Positions 28,902 through 37,974 of a stretch of 64,000 nt of DNA are shown here, piece after piece. The translations under genes and the position numbers were made by a program. The stretch is from Bacillota bacterium (GTDB taxonomy: Bacteria > Bacillota > Sulfobacillia > JAJZIM01): positions 325-64,324 of the forward strand of contig JAJZIM010000012.1 in NCBI GenBank assembly GCA_021810565.1, written 5' to 3'. Every line of letters begins with the position of its first letter. The first letter of the stretch is position 1. Below the pieces are notes generated by a model that did no database searches, was not told the origin of the DNA, and saw only the letters and a program-made list of their open reading frames with translations.

Positions 28902-29785
28902 TCCCCTCCCTGCGGGTGGCCGTTTGGTCGGCTTGCGACCTGTCCTGCGAATATTGCCACCGGGAGGGGGACGTGCATCCCGGACGACATTTGGCAGACC
29001 GGGAACTTTTGATGCTGCTGCGGACGGCCCTGCCCCTGGGGCTGCGCAAAATCAAGCTCACCGGCGGTGAGCCACTGTTGCGTCCGGGCCTGCCTGCTCT
29101 GGTGCGGGAGCTGGCAACCCTGGGAGCTGACCTCTCCCTCACCACCAACGGCCTGGAACTGGCCACCCAGGCGGGCGACCTGGCCGCGGCCGGGTTGCGG
29201 CGCGTTAATATCAGCCTGGACACCCTGCGGCCCGAGCGTTTCCGGGAACTTACCGGGGAGGACCGCCTGGCCGGGGTGCTGGAGGGCGTCCGGGCGGCCG
29301 CCAAGGCCGGACTGGCCCTGGAGCTGGACGCGGTGGTCCTGCGGGGCGTCAACGAGGAGGAGACGGTAGATCTTATCGCTTTCGCCGGGGGCCTCGGGGC
29401 GCGGATCCAGTTCATCGAGCTGTCCCAGGTGGGCATCTCCTCCACCTATTACCGGCGTCGCCACCGGGATCTGGAGTCCCTGGAGCGCTGGCTGCGGGAG
29501 CGGGGCGAGGCGCTGGAGGACGCCACGCGCCGCTTCGACCGGCCGCGCTTTCGGGTGAACGGGGTGACGGTCAGCCTGTGCCGCTTCGTCCGCTACGCGG
29601 AACCCGGAGCGCGCCGCCGCGGTTTGCGTTTGGCGGCCGACGGCCGAGTGTACGGTTTCCGCTACGGAGAGCCGCCCCGCGCCGATCTGGGGGCGGCGTT
29701 GCGTGGCGGGGCGGGCCAGGCCCGGCTGACGGAGCTTTGGGCCCGGTGCGTCCGGATTGGACAGGAGGTATCGGCGGCTAGATGA
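28892..29785 (+). CDS. MoaA-family radical-SAM protein (CDLSCEYC) that appears to LACK the three C-terminal auxiliary-cluster cysteines of GTP 3',8-cyclase
   Basis: The radical-SAM CX3CX2C motif, KIKLTGGEPLL, NISLDTL and RIQFIELS align with MoaA. In the C-terminal region where MoaA has C-x2-C-x13-C, this product has VSLCRFVRYAEPGARRRGLRLAADGRVYGFRYGE with no CxxC and no third Cys. Confidence 0.65.
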   Translation: MDLIPSLRVAVWSACDLSCEYCHREGDVHPGRHLADRELLMLLRTALPLGLRKIKLTGGEPLLRPGLPALVRELATLGADLSLTTNGLELATQAGDLAAAGLRRVNISLDTLRPERFRELTGEDRLAGVLEGVRAAAKAGLALELDAVVLRGVNEEETVDLIAFAGGLGARIQFIELSQVGISSTYYRRRHRDLESLERWLRERGEALEDATRRFDRPRFRVNGVTVSLCRFVRYAEPGARRRGLRLAADGRVYGFRYGEPPRADLGAALRGGAGQARLTELWARCVRIGQEVSAAR

Positions 29786-30273
29786 AGCTGAGGCTTTCCG
29801 GCCGGGAGGCCGGGTTGGACTTTCAAAACGTGCATCTGGTGCCGGGACGCGGCAAGTGCAGCGGGTTGCATCCCCATTTCCACAGCCTCTCCGTGACGGT
29901 GGAGGGGGAGCTGTCGGAGCGGGGGATGCTGGTGCATCTGTATCGCCTGAAGGATGCGGTGCGGGCCTTGTGCGAGGAGTTGGACCATCGGGTGCTCCTG
30001 GCGGACTACCCCCCCGCGGTGATGCAGATCCGGGAGGAGGACGCGGGCTATCAGGTGGAAGTCAACGACAAGCGGTATTTTCTGCCCCGCCAGGACGTGG
30101 TGCGCTTACCCATCGGTTCCCTGAACGTGGAGGATCTGTGCCGCTACCTCACCGCCCGGCTGGCCGATGCCCTGGACCCCATCCTGGATCGCGACCGTCT
30201 GACCTCCCTTACGGTGGAGCTGGACGAGGGCGGCGGACAGGCGGCCTCCCTGACCGTGGCCTTGCGGGGATGA
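29782..30273 (+). CDS. 6-pyruvoyl-tetrahydropterin synthase / QueD-family (T-fold) protein, at the position where moaC would be expected
   Basis: FQNVHLVPGRGKCSGLHPHFHSLSVTVEGE and GMLVHLYRLKDAV...LDHRVLL align with the QueD/PTPS Zn-site motifs (H-x-L-P ... C-x-x-LHGH-x-F ... GE, and the LDH box). There is no similarity to MoaC. Confidence 0.65.
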   Translation: MKLRLSGREAGLDFQNVHLVPGRGKCSGLHPHFHSLSVTVEGELSERGMLVHLYRLKDAVRALCEELDHRVLLADYPPAVMQIREEDAGYQVEVNDKRYFLPRQDVVRLPIGSLNVEDLCRYLTARLADALDPILDRDRLTSLTVELDEGGGQAASLTVALRG

Positions 30274-30869
30274 CCGGCGCCGTGCTGGCGGGGGGAAGCA
30301 GCACCCGCATGGGTCAGGAGAAGGGGCTGGTCCAATTGGCCGGGCGCCCGCTGGCCGACATCGTGGCCACCCACCTGGAGTGCTCCCCCGGGGTGGAGCG
30401 GGTGCTTTTGGTCACCAACCACCCGGAGCGGTTCGCGGATCTGGGATGGGAGATGATCGCCGACCGCCACCCGGGGCGGGGTCCCCTGGCCGGGATCCAC
30501 GCCGCCCTCCAGTTGGCCGAGGACTGGGTGTTCGTAGCCGGGTGCGACATGCCCTTCCTGCCGGCCGAACTCCCCGCCGCCCTGCATGCCCTGCGGGACG
30601 GCGTCGACCTGGTCCTGCCGCGGGTCGGCGGCCACGCCGCCACCGTGGCGGCCCTGTACGGACCGGGGTGCCTCCCGGCGCTGGAGGAGGCCCTGCGGGG
30701 GGAGGGCCCGCGCTTGGCCCAGGTGTTGCCGGCCCTGCGGGTGCGGGAGGTGGGCGAGGATCAACTCGTCCGCTGGGGCGATCCAGCCTTGCGCTTCCTG
30801 AGCGTCAACTCGCCCCGGGACTTGGCGCGGGCCGCGGTCCTGGCGGAAGGGAGGAAACTCCTGTGGTAA
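30270..30869 (+). CDS. mobA: Molybdenum cofactor guanylyltransferase MobA
   Basis: MTGAVLAGGSSTRMG N-terminus. The start overlaps the upstream stop (ATGA). Confidence 0.75.
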   Translation: MTGAVLAGGSSTRMGQEKGLVQLAGRPLADIVATHLECSPGVERVLLVTNHPERFADLGWEMIADRHPGRGPLAGIHAALQLAEDWVFVAGCDMPFLPAELPAALHALRDGVDLVLPRVGGHAATVAALYGPGCLPALEEALRGEGPRLAQVLPALRVREVGEDQLVRWGDPALRFLSVNSPRDLARAAVLAEGRKLLW

Positions 30870-32071
30870 GTTTGGAGGAGGCCTTGGAGTCACTGCTGGG
30901 CCGGACGGGAGCCTTGGACGCCGAGGAGGTGGCCCTGGCCGAGACCCACGGCCGAGTGCCGGCCGGGGACATATGCGCCCCGGTGGACCTCCCCGCCTTC
31001 GACCGTTCGGCCATGGACGGCTACGCCGTGCGCTCCTCCGATACCGCCGGCGCCCGGGAGGAGGCGCAGGTTCGTCTCGTCCTGCGCGGGGAACTGCCGG
31101 CGGGGGCGAGCCTTCAGCCAGGGGAGGCGGTGCGGGTGGCCACCGGCGGACCGCTGCCGCGGGGGGCGGACGCGGTGCTGGTGGTGGAGGCGACCCGGGA
31201 GGACGCCGCGGCGGTGTGGGCCCGCGCCGCGGTCAGGCCCAGGGACAACGTCATCCGGCGGGGCAGCGACGTGTCGCGAGGCACGGTGGTCCTGGAGCGG
31301 GGAACCCAGCTCGACGCCGCCGCCCTGGGGCTCTTGGCGGGTCTGGGGGTCACCCGGATCCGAGTGTTTCGCCGCCCGCGGGTGCACCTTTTGGTCACCG
31401 GGGACGAGGTGGTGGCGCCCCACGAGGAACCGGGTCCGGGACAGATCCGGGACCAGAACAGCCTGGGGATAGGGTGGGCGTGTCGGGAGGCTGGCGCCGA
31501 GGTGGTCGGCTGTGCCCGGGTGGGGGACGACCCCGATCGCCTGCGGGAGGCCCTGACGGCGGGGCGCGGCGCCGAGGTGATCCTGGTATCGGGGGGGGTC
31601 TCCGTGGGACGCCGCGACTTTTTGCGCCGGGTGGTGGCCGAGATGGGGGGCGAGGAGCTATTCTGGCGGGTGCACATGCGTCCCGGGAAGTCCGCCCTGG
31701 GCGCCCTGGTGGATGGTCGGCCGTTGGTGGGGCTCGCGGGCAGCCCCGGATCGGCCATGCTTACCTTCCAACTGCTGGTGCGCCCGTTGCTGCGGCATCT
31801 GGGCGGCCATCGCTACCTGGCACGACCCCGGGTGCCGGTGCGGCTGGCCGAGGGTTTTCCCAAGGCCTCGCCGCGGCCGCGCTACCTGCGGGCGACGGTG
31901 GGGGAGGACGCCGCGGGCCCCATGGCCCATCTGATTTCTGGGCAGGGTTCCGATTCGACCTTCTCCTGGCTGCGGGCCAACGCCCTGGTGGTGGTGCCGG
32001 GGGGTTCCGGGCCCTTGGCGGCCGGGGAGAGCTTGGAGGCCATCATGCTGGACCGTCCCGAGGAGCATTGA
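30863..32071 (+). CDS. moeA: Molybdopterin molybdenumtransferase MoeA (copy 2)
   Basis: GTG start with a gaagggagga RBS, overlapping the mobA stop. FDRSAMDGYAV and the full MoeA architecture are present. Confidence 0.8.
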   Translation: MVSLEEALESLLGRTGALDAEEVALAETHGRVPAGDICAPVDLPAFDRSAMDGYAVRSSDTAGAREEAQVRLVLRGELPAGASLQPGEAVRVATGGPLPRGADAVLVVEATREDAAAVWARAAVRPRDNVIRRGSDVSRGTVVLERGTQLDAAALGLLAGLGVTRIRVFRRPRVHLLVTGDEVVAPHEEPGPGQIRDQNSLGIGWACREAGAEVVGCARVGDDPDRLREALTAGRGAEVILVSGGVSVGRRDFLRRVVAEMGGEELFWRVHMRPGKSALGALVDGRPLVGLAGSPGSAMLTFQLLVRPLLRHLGGHRYLARPRVPVRLAEGFPKASPRPRYLRATVGEDAAGPMAHLISGQGSDSTFSWLRANALVVVPGGSGPLAAGESLEAIMLDRPEEH

Positions 32072-32084
32072 GGAGGCGAGGCGA

Positions 32085-32603
32085 ATGTATCCGGAGAGGG
32101 TAGCGGAGTACAAGCGGGCCATCAATGTGGATGCGGCCAAATGCAACGCCTGCGGCGAGTGCATCCCCGCCTGCCAGCAGGCCATAGCCTATGAGCATCG
32201 CAAGGCGGATCCCTTCCCCCGCATCTGGATCCAGCGGGTGGGCCAGAAGCTGCAGCCCCTTTTGTGCCACAATTGCGAGCAGGCTCCCTGCGTCAGCGCC
32301 TGCATGACCGGCTGCCGGCACCGGGACGGTGACTTCGTCACCACCGATTACGACCGCTGCGTGGGCTGCAGCATGTGCGTGATGTGCTGCCCCTTCGGGG
32401 TGATCCAACTGGTGGAGGAGGAGAAGCTGGCCATGAAATGCGACGGCTGCCTGGAGCACGAGACGGCGCCCTGCGTGGCCGCCTGCAAGCCCGGCGCCCT
32501 GCGCCACGTGGGCTATCTGGAATCGGCCCAGATCACGCGCTGGGACAAGGCCGGAGAGTTCGCCTTCAGCCAAGTGGTCTCCGCCGGAAAGGGGGAGCGT
32601 TAG
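32085..32603 (+). CDS. Multi-cluster 4Fe-4S ferredoxin
   Basis: Four Cys motifs (CNACGECIPAC, CHNCEQAPCVSAC, CVGCSMCVMCC, CDGCLEHETAPCVAAC). Confidence 0.75.
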   Translation: MYPERVAEYKRAINVDAAKCNACGECIPACQQAIAYEHRKADPFPRIWIQRVGQKLQPLLCHNCEQAPCVSACMTGCRHRDGDFVTTDYDRCVGCSMCVMCCPFGVIQLVEEEKLAMKCDGCLEHETAPCVAACKPGALRHVGYLESAQITRWDKAGEFAFSQVVSAGKGER

Positions 32604-33869
32604 ATGCGCTACGTGATGATCGGCAACTCCTACGCGGGCCTGGCGGCCGCCGAGGCCGTGCGGCGCCGGGACCCCAAAGGGGAGATCATGGTGCTCTCCG
32701 ACGAGCGTCACGAGGCCTACGGGCGCCCGCTGATCTCCTATTACCTGGGAGGCGAGACGCCTCCGGAGCGGATGAACTACCGCCCGGCCGCCTTCTATCG
32801 GAACCACCGGATCCAAGTCCGCACGGATTCCCGGGTGGTCAAGGTGTTGCCGGACAGCCGTCATCTGCAACTGGCGGACGGCACCGACCTCGCCTATGAC
32901 CGGCTGATGATCTCCACCGGGGGCAAGCCCTTCGTGCCGCCCATGAAGGGCACCGATGCGCGGGGCGTGTTCACCTTCACTACCTGGCAGGATGCCGACG
33001 ACATCAAGGAATGGCTGCCCCGGGTGCGGGACGTGATCGTCATCGGGGGCGGGCTCATCGGCCTGTCGGCGGCGGATGCCCTGCGCCACCGCGGCGGGGT
33101 GGGCGTGACGGTGGTGGAGATGTTGCCCCGAGTCCTGGGCCTGGCCCTGGACGAGGACGGCTCCAACCTGCTGCAAAACCGCATGGTGGAGTTGGGTACT
33201 CAGGTGGTCACCGAGGACTCGGTGACGGAGATCGTGCCCGATGGGGACGGGGTAGTGCAGGGGGTGGTCCTGAAGAGCGGCCGGGAGTTGCCCTGCCAGA
33301 TGGTGGTGGTGGCCATCGGCGTGCGGCCCAACACCGGCTTTCTTCAGGAGTCCGGCATCCAGATCAACCGGGGCATCGTGGTCGACGAGCGCATGGCTAC
33401 CAACCTGCCCGGCGTCTACGCCGCGGGGGACGTGGCGGAGGGATACGACGTGATCAACGCCGATCACCGCATCATCGCCATCCTGCCGGTGGCCTACGAG
33501 ATGGGGCTGATCGCCGGCGCCAACATGGCCGGAGATTCTCAGCTATATGCCGGGGGCATCGCCATGAACTCCATGCCCAAATTCGAGATGTCGGTGATGA
33601 CCATGGGACTCACCCTGGATCAGCCGGATTTGGAGGCGGTGCGCCGACGCCGCGGCGACCAGTATCAGAAGTTCCTATTTCGCGGCGATCAACTGGTCGG
33701 GGCCATCCTGGTGGGCGACACCACCGCCGGTGGTGTGCTGACCGCCCTGATCAAGAAGCAGGAAACCCTGACCGCCGCCCTGAAGGAGCGCATCCTCTAC
33801 GGGAACTACCGGTCTTTGGTGGCGGAGCGCAAGCTGACCTGGGCCAAGGCGGCCAAGGCCGCCTCTTAG
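32604..33869 (+). CDS. FAD/NAD(P)-binding oxidoreductase of the ferredoxin/rubredoxin-reductase type
   Basis: Two Rossmann GxGxxG regions (VMIGNSYAG, VIGGGLIGLSAA) and EAYGRPLISYY (compare Y-x-RPPLSK of ferredoxin reductases). No redox-active Cys pair. The start overlaps the ferredoxin stop. Confidence 0.7.
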   Translation: MRYVMIGNSYAGLAAAEAVRRRDPKGEIMVLSDERHEAYGRPLISYYLGGETPPERMNYRPAAFYRNHRIQVRTDSRVVKVLPDSRHLQLADGTDLAYDRLMISTGGKPFVPPMKGTDARGVFTFTTWQDADDIKEWLPRVRDVIVIGGGLIGLSAADALRHRGGVGVTVVEMLPRVLGLALDEDGSNLLQNRMVELGTQVVTEDSVTEIVPDGDGVVQGVVLKSGRELPCQMVVVAIGVRPNTGFLQESGIQINRGIVVDERMATNLPGVYAAGDVAEGYDVINADHRIIAILPVAYEMGLIAGANMAGDSQLYAGGIAMNSMPKFEMSVMTMGLTLDQPDLEAVRRRRGDQYQKFLFRGDQLVGAILVGDTTAGGVLTALIKKQETLTAALKERILYGNYRSLVAERKLTWAKAAKAAS

Positions 33870-33927
33870 GCAGGAATCCGGCGGTGCAAGGCGAATACTA
33901 CATCTGAGTCAAGGGGGTGGTGGGCAA

Positions 33928-34041
33928 GTGACGAGCATGGGAGTGTCTCCGGCCATGGCCATGGTGATCCCCATCGTGGGAGCGGTGGTGGCCGTGGTGC
34001 TGAGTTGCATCGTGGGCCGCATCGTGTCGGCCTTGTACTAA
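33928..34041 (+). CDS. Candidate 37-aa hydrophobic micro-protein (VTSMGVSPAMAMVIPIVGAVVAVVLSCIVGRIVSALY)
   Basis: GTG start 8 nt after aagggggtgg. A single predicted TM helix. It is below the ORF-track size cut-off. Confidence 0.25.
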   Translation: MTSMGVSPAMAMVIPIVGAVVAVVLSCIVGRIVSALY

Positions 34042-34220
34042 AAGGGAGGTCGGCGCACGCCGCAGGGAGGGGGGCCGCCGCAGGGGGGCTCCCTTCGCGT
34101 GCGGGCGGCGTTTAATGACCCTGGGCTAAAAAAACGCGGGAAACCTTGACCCGAGGAGGTTTCCGGCGCTAAAATGCACACGGTTATGCAATTCCCGCTG
34201 CCCGGACAGCCGAGGGGGGG

Positions 34221-35237
34221 ATGACCTTGCGCGGTGCGCAGGCGGGCTGCTGCCTCCTGGCGCTGGGAGTGGTGCTGGGGACCGCCGGATGCGCCCACCC
34301 GAGCACATCCCATTCGGCGCGGGCAGCCACCGCAGCCAAGGCGAAGGCGCCCGCCGTGCGCCCCCCGGTGCCGAGGCAGCTCACCTTCCGCTACTTCAGC
34401 GGACCGGTGTATTACCGCCACGAGGTGGTCGTGTTGATGATGCACGACATCACCCCCCACCCCCAGCCCTACACCGACGAGATCACGCCCGCCACCTTCC
34501 AGGGCGACCTGCGCTCGTTGCGCCGCGACCATTTCAACGTCATCCCGGGCTCGCTTTTTGTTTCCTTCATGGAGCATGGCGCGTCGGTGCCGCCCAACGC
34601 GGTGCTGCTGACTTTCGACAACGGCTATCAAGGGCTGTACACCTACGGCTTCCCGCTCCTGAAGCGCTACCACGTGCCCATCATGTGCCTTTTGATCACC
34701 GGCTGGGTGGTGCATCACGAGCCGTGGGCCATGACTTGGTCGGAGTTGGGGCGGATGTATGACAGCGGACTGGTGGACATGCAGTCCCAGACCTACAACT
34801 CCCACCAGGGGGTCCAGTCCGGGCCGGGCAACACCACCGGGTCGGCGCTAACCGACCGCATCTACGACCCGGCCACCGGCACCTACGAGTCCAAGGCCCA
34901 TTTCCGGAAGCGCATCGGGTCGGACCTGGCCGAGGCCAAGCGGGTGCTCGAGGCGCATTTCCCCGGTGATCGGGTCAACTTCCTGTCCTATCCCTTCGGC
35001 GCCTATGATCAGACGGTGATTCGGGTGCTGCGGCGGGAGGGGTACCGCTTCGCCTTCACCACCTGGGGCGGCGCCGCCACGCCCTACACCAACCCGTTCC
35101 AGATCTTTCGCATCAACACCGGCACTTGGCGCTCGACGCCCACCGACCTGGTGGGCGCCACCCGGGCCGCCGGGGTGGCCATGCAGGCGCATCCGCGCTA
35201 CCAGTCGCCGTCCCGGGTCGTGCCTACCTGGCATTGA
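34221..35237 (+). CDS. Polysaccharide deacetylase (NodB homology) lipoprotein
   Basis: Lipobox LGTAGC. The NodB-type motifs LTFDNGYQ and FLSYPFGAY are present. Confidence 0.75.
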   Translation: MTLRGAQAGCCLLALGVVLGTAGCAHPSTSHSARAATAAKAKAPAVRPPVPRQLTFRYFSGPVYYRHEVVVLMMHDITPHPQPYTDEITPATFQGDLRSLRRDHFNVIPGSLFVSFMEHGASVPPNAVLLTFDNGYQGLYTYGFPLLKRYHVPIMCLLITGWVVHHEPWAMTWSELGRMYDSGLVDMQSQTYNSHQGVQSGPGNTTGSALTDRIYDPATGTYESKAHFRKRIGSDLAEAKRVLEAHFPGDRVNFLSYPFGAYDQTVIRVLRREGYRFAFTTWGGAATPYTNPFQIFRINTGTWRSTPTDLVGATRAAGVAMQAHPRYQSPSRVVPTWH

Positions 35238-35263
35238 GCCTCCCGGGCGAGGGGCCCGGTCTC

Positions 35264-36739
35264 CTACGGCTTCTCCCCTCGCACGAACTCGCAGCGTCCC
35301 CAGATCGTTCGCTCCTCCAAGGAGGTCTCGGCGCAGATGCGCCGTCCCCGCTCCACCAGGTCGTCCATCAGCTGCCGGCGGGCGGCATGGGGCAGCGGCT
35401 CCAGAATGGATTGGAAAAGCCCGGGCCCCTGGAGCACCCAGCGCACCCCGATCTGTGCGTTCGGGGCCTGGAAGGGCAGCCGCTCCTCCTGCTGGGCCAC
35501 CCGGCAGCCGAGTTCGCGCAACAGATGACCGGTCTCGTCCGGCTCGCTGCCGAGGAACTCGAAGGGCAGCCCCTGCTCCTGGGCCAGGCGGGCCACGGCG
35601 CCGAACCAACGCGGCAGGATCGGGAAGGACGCCCCGTCGATCCTGGGCCACACGAAGACGGCTACGGCGCCGCCGGGGCGCACCACCCGCAGCATCTCCC
35701 GCAGCGCCCGGGAGGGATCGGTGAAATGCAGGAAGAAGACCCCCAGGGCCAGGTCGAAGGCGGCGTCAGGGAAAGGCAGGGCCTCCGCCGGCGAGCGCAC
35801 CAGGCGCAGGTTGGCGGTCTCCCGACGCTGCGCCTTCTCCCGCGCCACGTTCAAAAGGCCCGGCGCGGGATCCGTGGCGGTCACCACTCCGTCGGGCCCC
35901 ACCAGGTCCAACAGACCGGCGTCTATGGTCACCCGTCCGGTGCCGCAGCCCACCTCCAGCACCCGCATCCCCGGGACGACCCCGGCGAAGCGCAGGAAGC
36001 GGCGGGTGTCCTCCAGCATGGTGGGGGCCACCGCCCGGAACAGCTGGTCGTAATCGGTGAGGCGGGTGAACAGCGAGAGGTGCTGCCCGCGCAGGCGGAA
36101 GGAAAGCTCTCCGGAGGTGACCAAGAGCCGGCGCAGCCGCGGCAGCACCATCCGTCCGGCCGCGGTGGGCGCCAGGTCCGTACCGCGCCGCTCCGCGAGG
36201 CCCACCTCCAGGAGCAGGTCCAGATCGTCCTGGAGCAGGTAGCCGAGCCAGGGGCGGTGGCGGGTGCCCCGCAGGAACTCGTCCAGCGGAATGCTGCCGT
36301 AGTAGTCCAGCGCCTTCAGGTTCTCGTAGGCGGTGATCAGCACGTACAGCATGGCTGGGGCCACCGGCCCCTCCGCCTCCCGGGCGGTGAACTCCCGCAA
36401 CCGCCGGGCGGCGTCCGCCACGTCCTGCGCGTCGGCCTGCAGCAACCCGGTCCGATCGTGGGCGGAAAACAAAGCGGAGGAAACGAGCAGCTCGTGGAAG
36501 ACGGTGTCCACGTATTGCGGCGGCATGGGACGGGAGGGAAACACCCGGCCTACCGCCGCCAAGGCGGCCGCCGTGGCCTCCCGCTCCAGGAGGTCGCGGG
36601 CGGCGGGGGTCAGATGGGCCGCGTGCTGTCCGGCCATCCAGGTATCCAGCACGATGCTGCGTTCCAACGCGCGACGGATCATCGCGGCGGTGTCCGGATC
36701 TTCCAGACGGCGCAGCAGGATCGCCTGCAGCGGGGGCAT
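35264..36739 (-). CDS. Two-domain protein: a roughly 250-aa N-terminal domain of unknown function plus a C-terminal class-I SAM-dependent methyltransferase (VLEVGCGTGRVT)
   Basis: ATG at 36737-36739, placed by codon count from the ORF track. The ORF-track N-terminal extension beyond this overlaps speH antisense and is rejected. Confidence 0.6.
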   Translation of the reverse strand: MPPLQAILLRRLEDPDTAAMIRRALERSIVLDTWMAGQHAAHLTPAARDLLEREATAAALAAVGRVFPSRPMPPQYVDTVFHELLVSSALFSAHDRTGLLQADAQDVADAARRLREFTAREAEGPVAPAMLYVLITAYENLKALDYYGSIPLDEFLRGTRHRPWLGYLLQDDLDLLLEVGLAERRGTDLAPTAAGRMVLPRLRRLLVTSGELSFRLRGQHLSLFTRLTDYDQLFRAVAPTMLEDTRRFLRFAGVVPGMRVLEVGCGTGRVTIDAGLLDLVGPDGVVTATDPAPGLLNVAREKAQRRETANLRLVRSPAEALPFPDAAFDLALGVFFLHFTDPSRALREMLRVVRPGGAVAVFVWPRIDGASFPILPRWFGAVARLAQEQGLPFEFLGSEPDETGHLLRELGCRVAQQEERLPFQAPNAQIGVRWVLQGPGLFQSILEPLPHAARRQLMDDLVERGRRICAETSLEERTIWGRCEFVRGEKP

Positions 36740-36951
36740 GGACAAGGGGCATCCCTCCTCGCGATTCCTTTTCGACAAGAAGCAGGCAACTCCTCCTCCA
36801 ATTGCACGACCAGCTATTTCGAGCTTACCGCCAGCTTGACCGGGTATGCGCCCGAGCGCCGGCGTGCGACGGCATGATGGCCCAGGAAACGGAGCCTGAG
36901 GGAGAGAGGAAGGGAAGCGGAGCTTTTTTTCCCGGATCAACCGCAAAACCA

Positions 36952-36979
36952 TTGACATCCCCCGCGAATTTGCTACAAT
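36952..36979 (+). promoter_or_regulatory. Strong sigmaA promoter candidate TTGACA-N16-TACAAT for speH
   Basis: Consensus -35 and a near-consensus -10, about 60 nt upstream of the speH ATG. Confidence 0.45.
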
Positions 36980-37040
36980 CCATATGTGCGCAGGGGCGGC
37001 CACGCCCCGCCGACATCGTAAAAGGGGGTTGATAATTGAG

Positions 37041-37409
37041 ATGAACGCTCTTGGCCGGCACGTTCTGGCCGAGGTATTCGGTTGCCAGCGTGCCATCCTC
37101 AACGATGTGGACAAGGTCGAGGGCATCATGGTGAATGCCGCCTTGAGCGCGGGAGCGGAGATACGCGAAGTGGCTTTCCACAAATTCAGCCCCCAGGGCG
37201 TCAGCGGCATGGTCATCATCTCGGAGTCCCACCTGGCCGTGCACACTTGGCCGGAGTTGGGCTACGCGGCGGTGGACGTGTTCACCTGCGGCGATCGGGT
37301 GGATCCCTGGGAGGCTTGCAACTATATCGTGGAGCATTTCGGGGCCAAGAACGTGACGGCCACGGAGACCAAGCGGGGCATCTTCGAAGCAGCCCAGGCG
37401 GCCGGCTGA
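37041..37409 (+). CDS. speH: S-adenosylmethionine decarboxylase proenzyme (small class-1a AdoMetDC)
   Basis: GRHVLAEVFGC...AEIREVAFHKFSPQGVSGMVIISESHLAVHTWPELGYAAVDVFTCG, which includes the self-cleavage ES site. The first in-frame ATG after the aagggggtt RBS was chosen. Confidence 0.8.
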   Translation: MNALGRHVLAEVFGCQRAILNDVDKVEGIMVNAALSAGAEIREVAFHKFSPQGVSGMVIISESHLAVHTWPELGYAAVDVFTCGDRVDPWEACNYIVEHFGAKNVTATETKRGIFEAAQAAG

Positions 37410-37476
37410 CTGGCCGGCGTGACCGTCGGTTTCTTCCCTGCCGCCCTTCGGCAGGGAAATTTTCTATGGGGCAACC

Positions 37477-37959
37477 TTGGAAGTTGGGGGGAAGGCGATT
37501 TTGGAGCGAACACTGGTCCTGATCAAGCCGGATGCGGTGGAGCGCGGCCTAATAGGGCAGATCGTGTCCCGCCTGGAGCGCAAGGGGCTGCGCCTGGCGG
37601 GGCTGAAGCTATTCCGTCTGGACCGGGGCACCGCCGAGGAACACTACCGTCAGCATCGGGAGCGGCCCTTCTTCAGGGAGCTCATCGACTTCATCACTCG
37701 GGGGCCGCTGGTGGCCATGGTCTGGGAGGGGCGCGGAGCGGTGGAGGTGGTGCGCAGCTTGATGGGAGCCACCGACCCGCTGCAGGCCGCCCCCGGCACC
37801 GTGCGGGGCGACTTGGCTCTGGATCTGGCCTGCAACCTGGTCCACGGCTCCGACTCGGTCCAGGCGGCCGCCCGGGAGATCGAACTGTTCTTTCGACCGG
37901 AGGAGTTGGTCGCCTACCGGCGTGCCCAGGACGGGTGGCTGGGCTTTCCGGAAGCATAG
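37477..37959 (+). CDS. ndk: Nucleoside diphosphate kinase (start may be the TTG at 37501)
   Basis: [20 protein letters not shown] and the active-site His region are present. Confidence 0.85.
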   Translation: MEVGGKAILERTLVLIKPDAVERGLIGQIVSRLERKGLRLAGLKLFRLDRGTAEEHYRQHRERPFFRELIDFITRGPLVAMVWEGRGAVEVVRSLMGATDPLQAAPGTVRGDLALDLACNLVHGSDSVQAAAREIELFFRPEELVAYRRAQDGWLGFPEA

Positions 37960-37974
37960 AAGGGGGGAAGGACG

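Noticed and set aside
29782-30273. Calling this gene moaC because of its operon position
   Set aside because: The sequence shows the QueD/PTPS signature (CSGLHPHFHS, GE, LDH) and no MoaC motifs. It is annotated as PTPS-like instead.
35264-37246. The full 660-aa minus-strand ORF as the methyltransferase gene
   Set aside because: Its first 169 codons overlap the speH coding region and promoter antisense. The in-frame ATG at 36737-36739 (MPPLQAILL) gives a sensible 492-aa protein.
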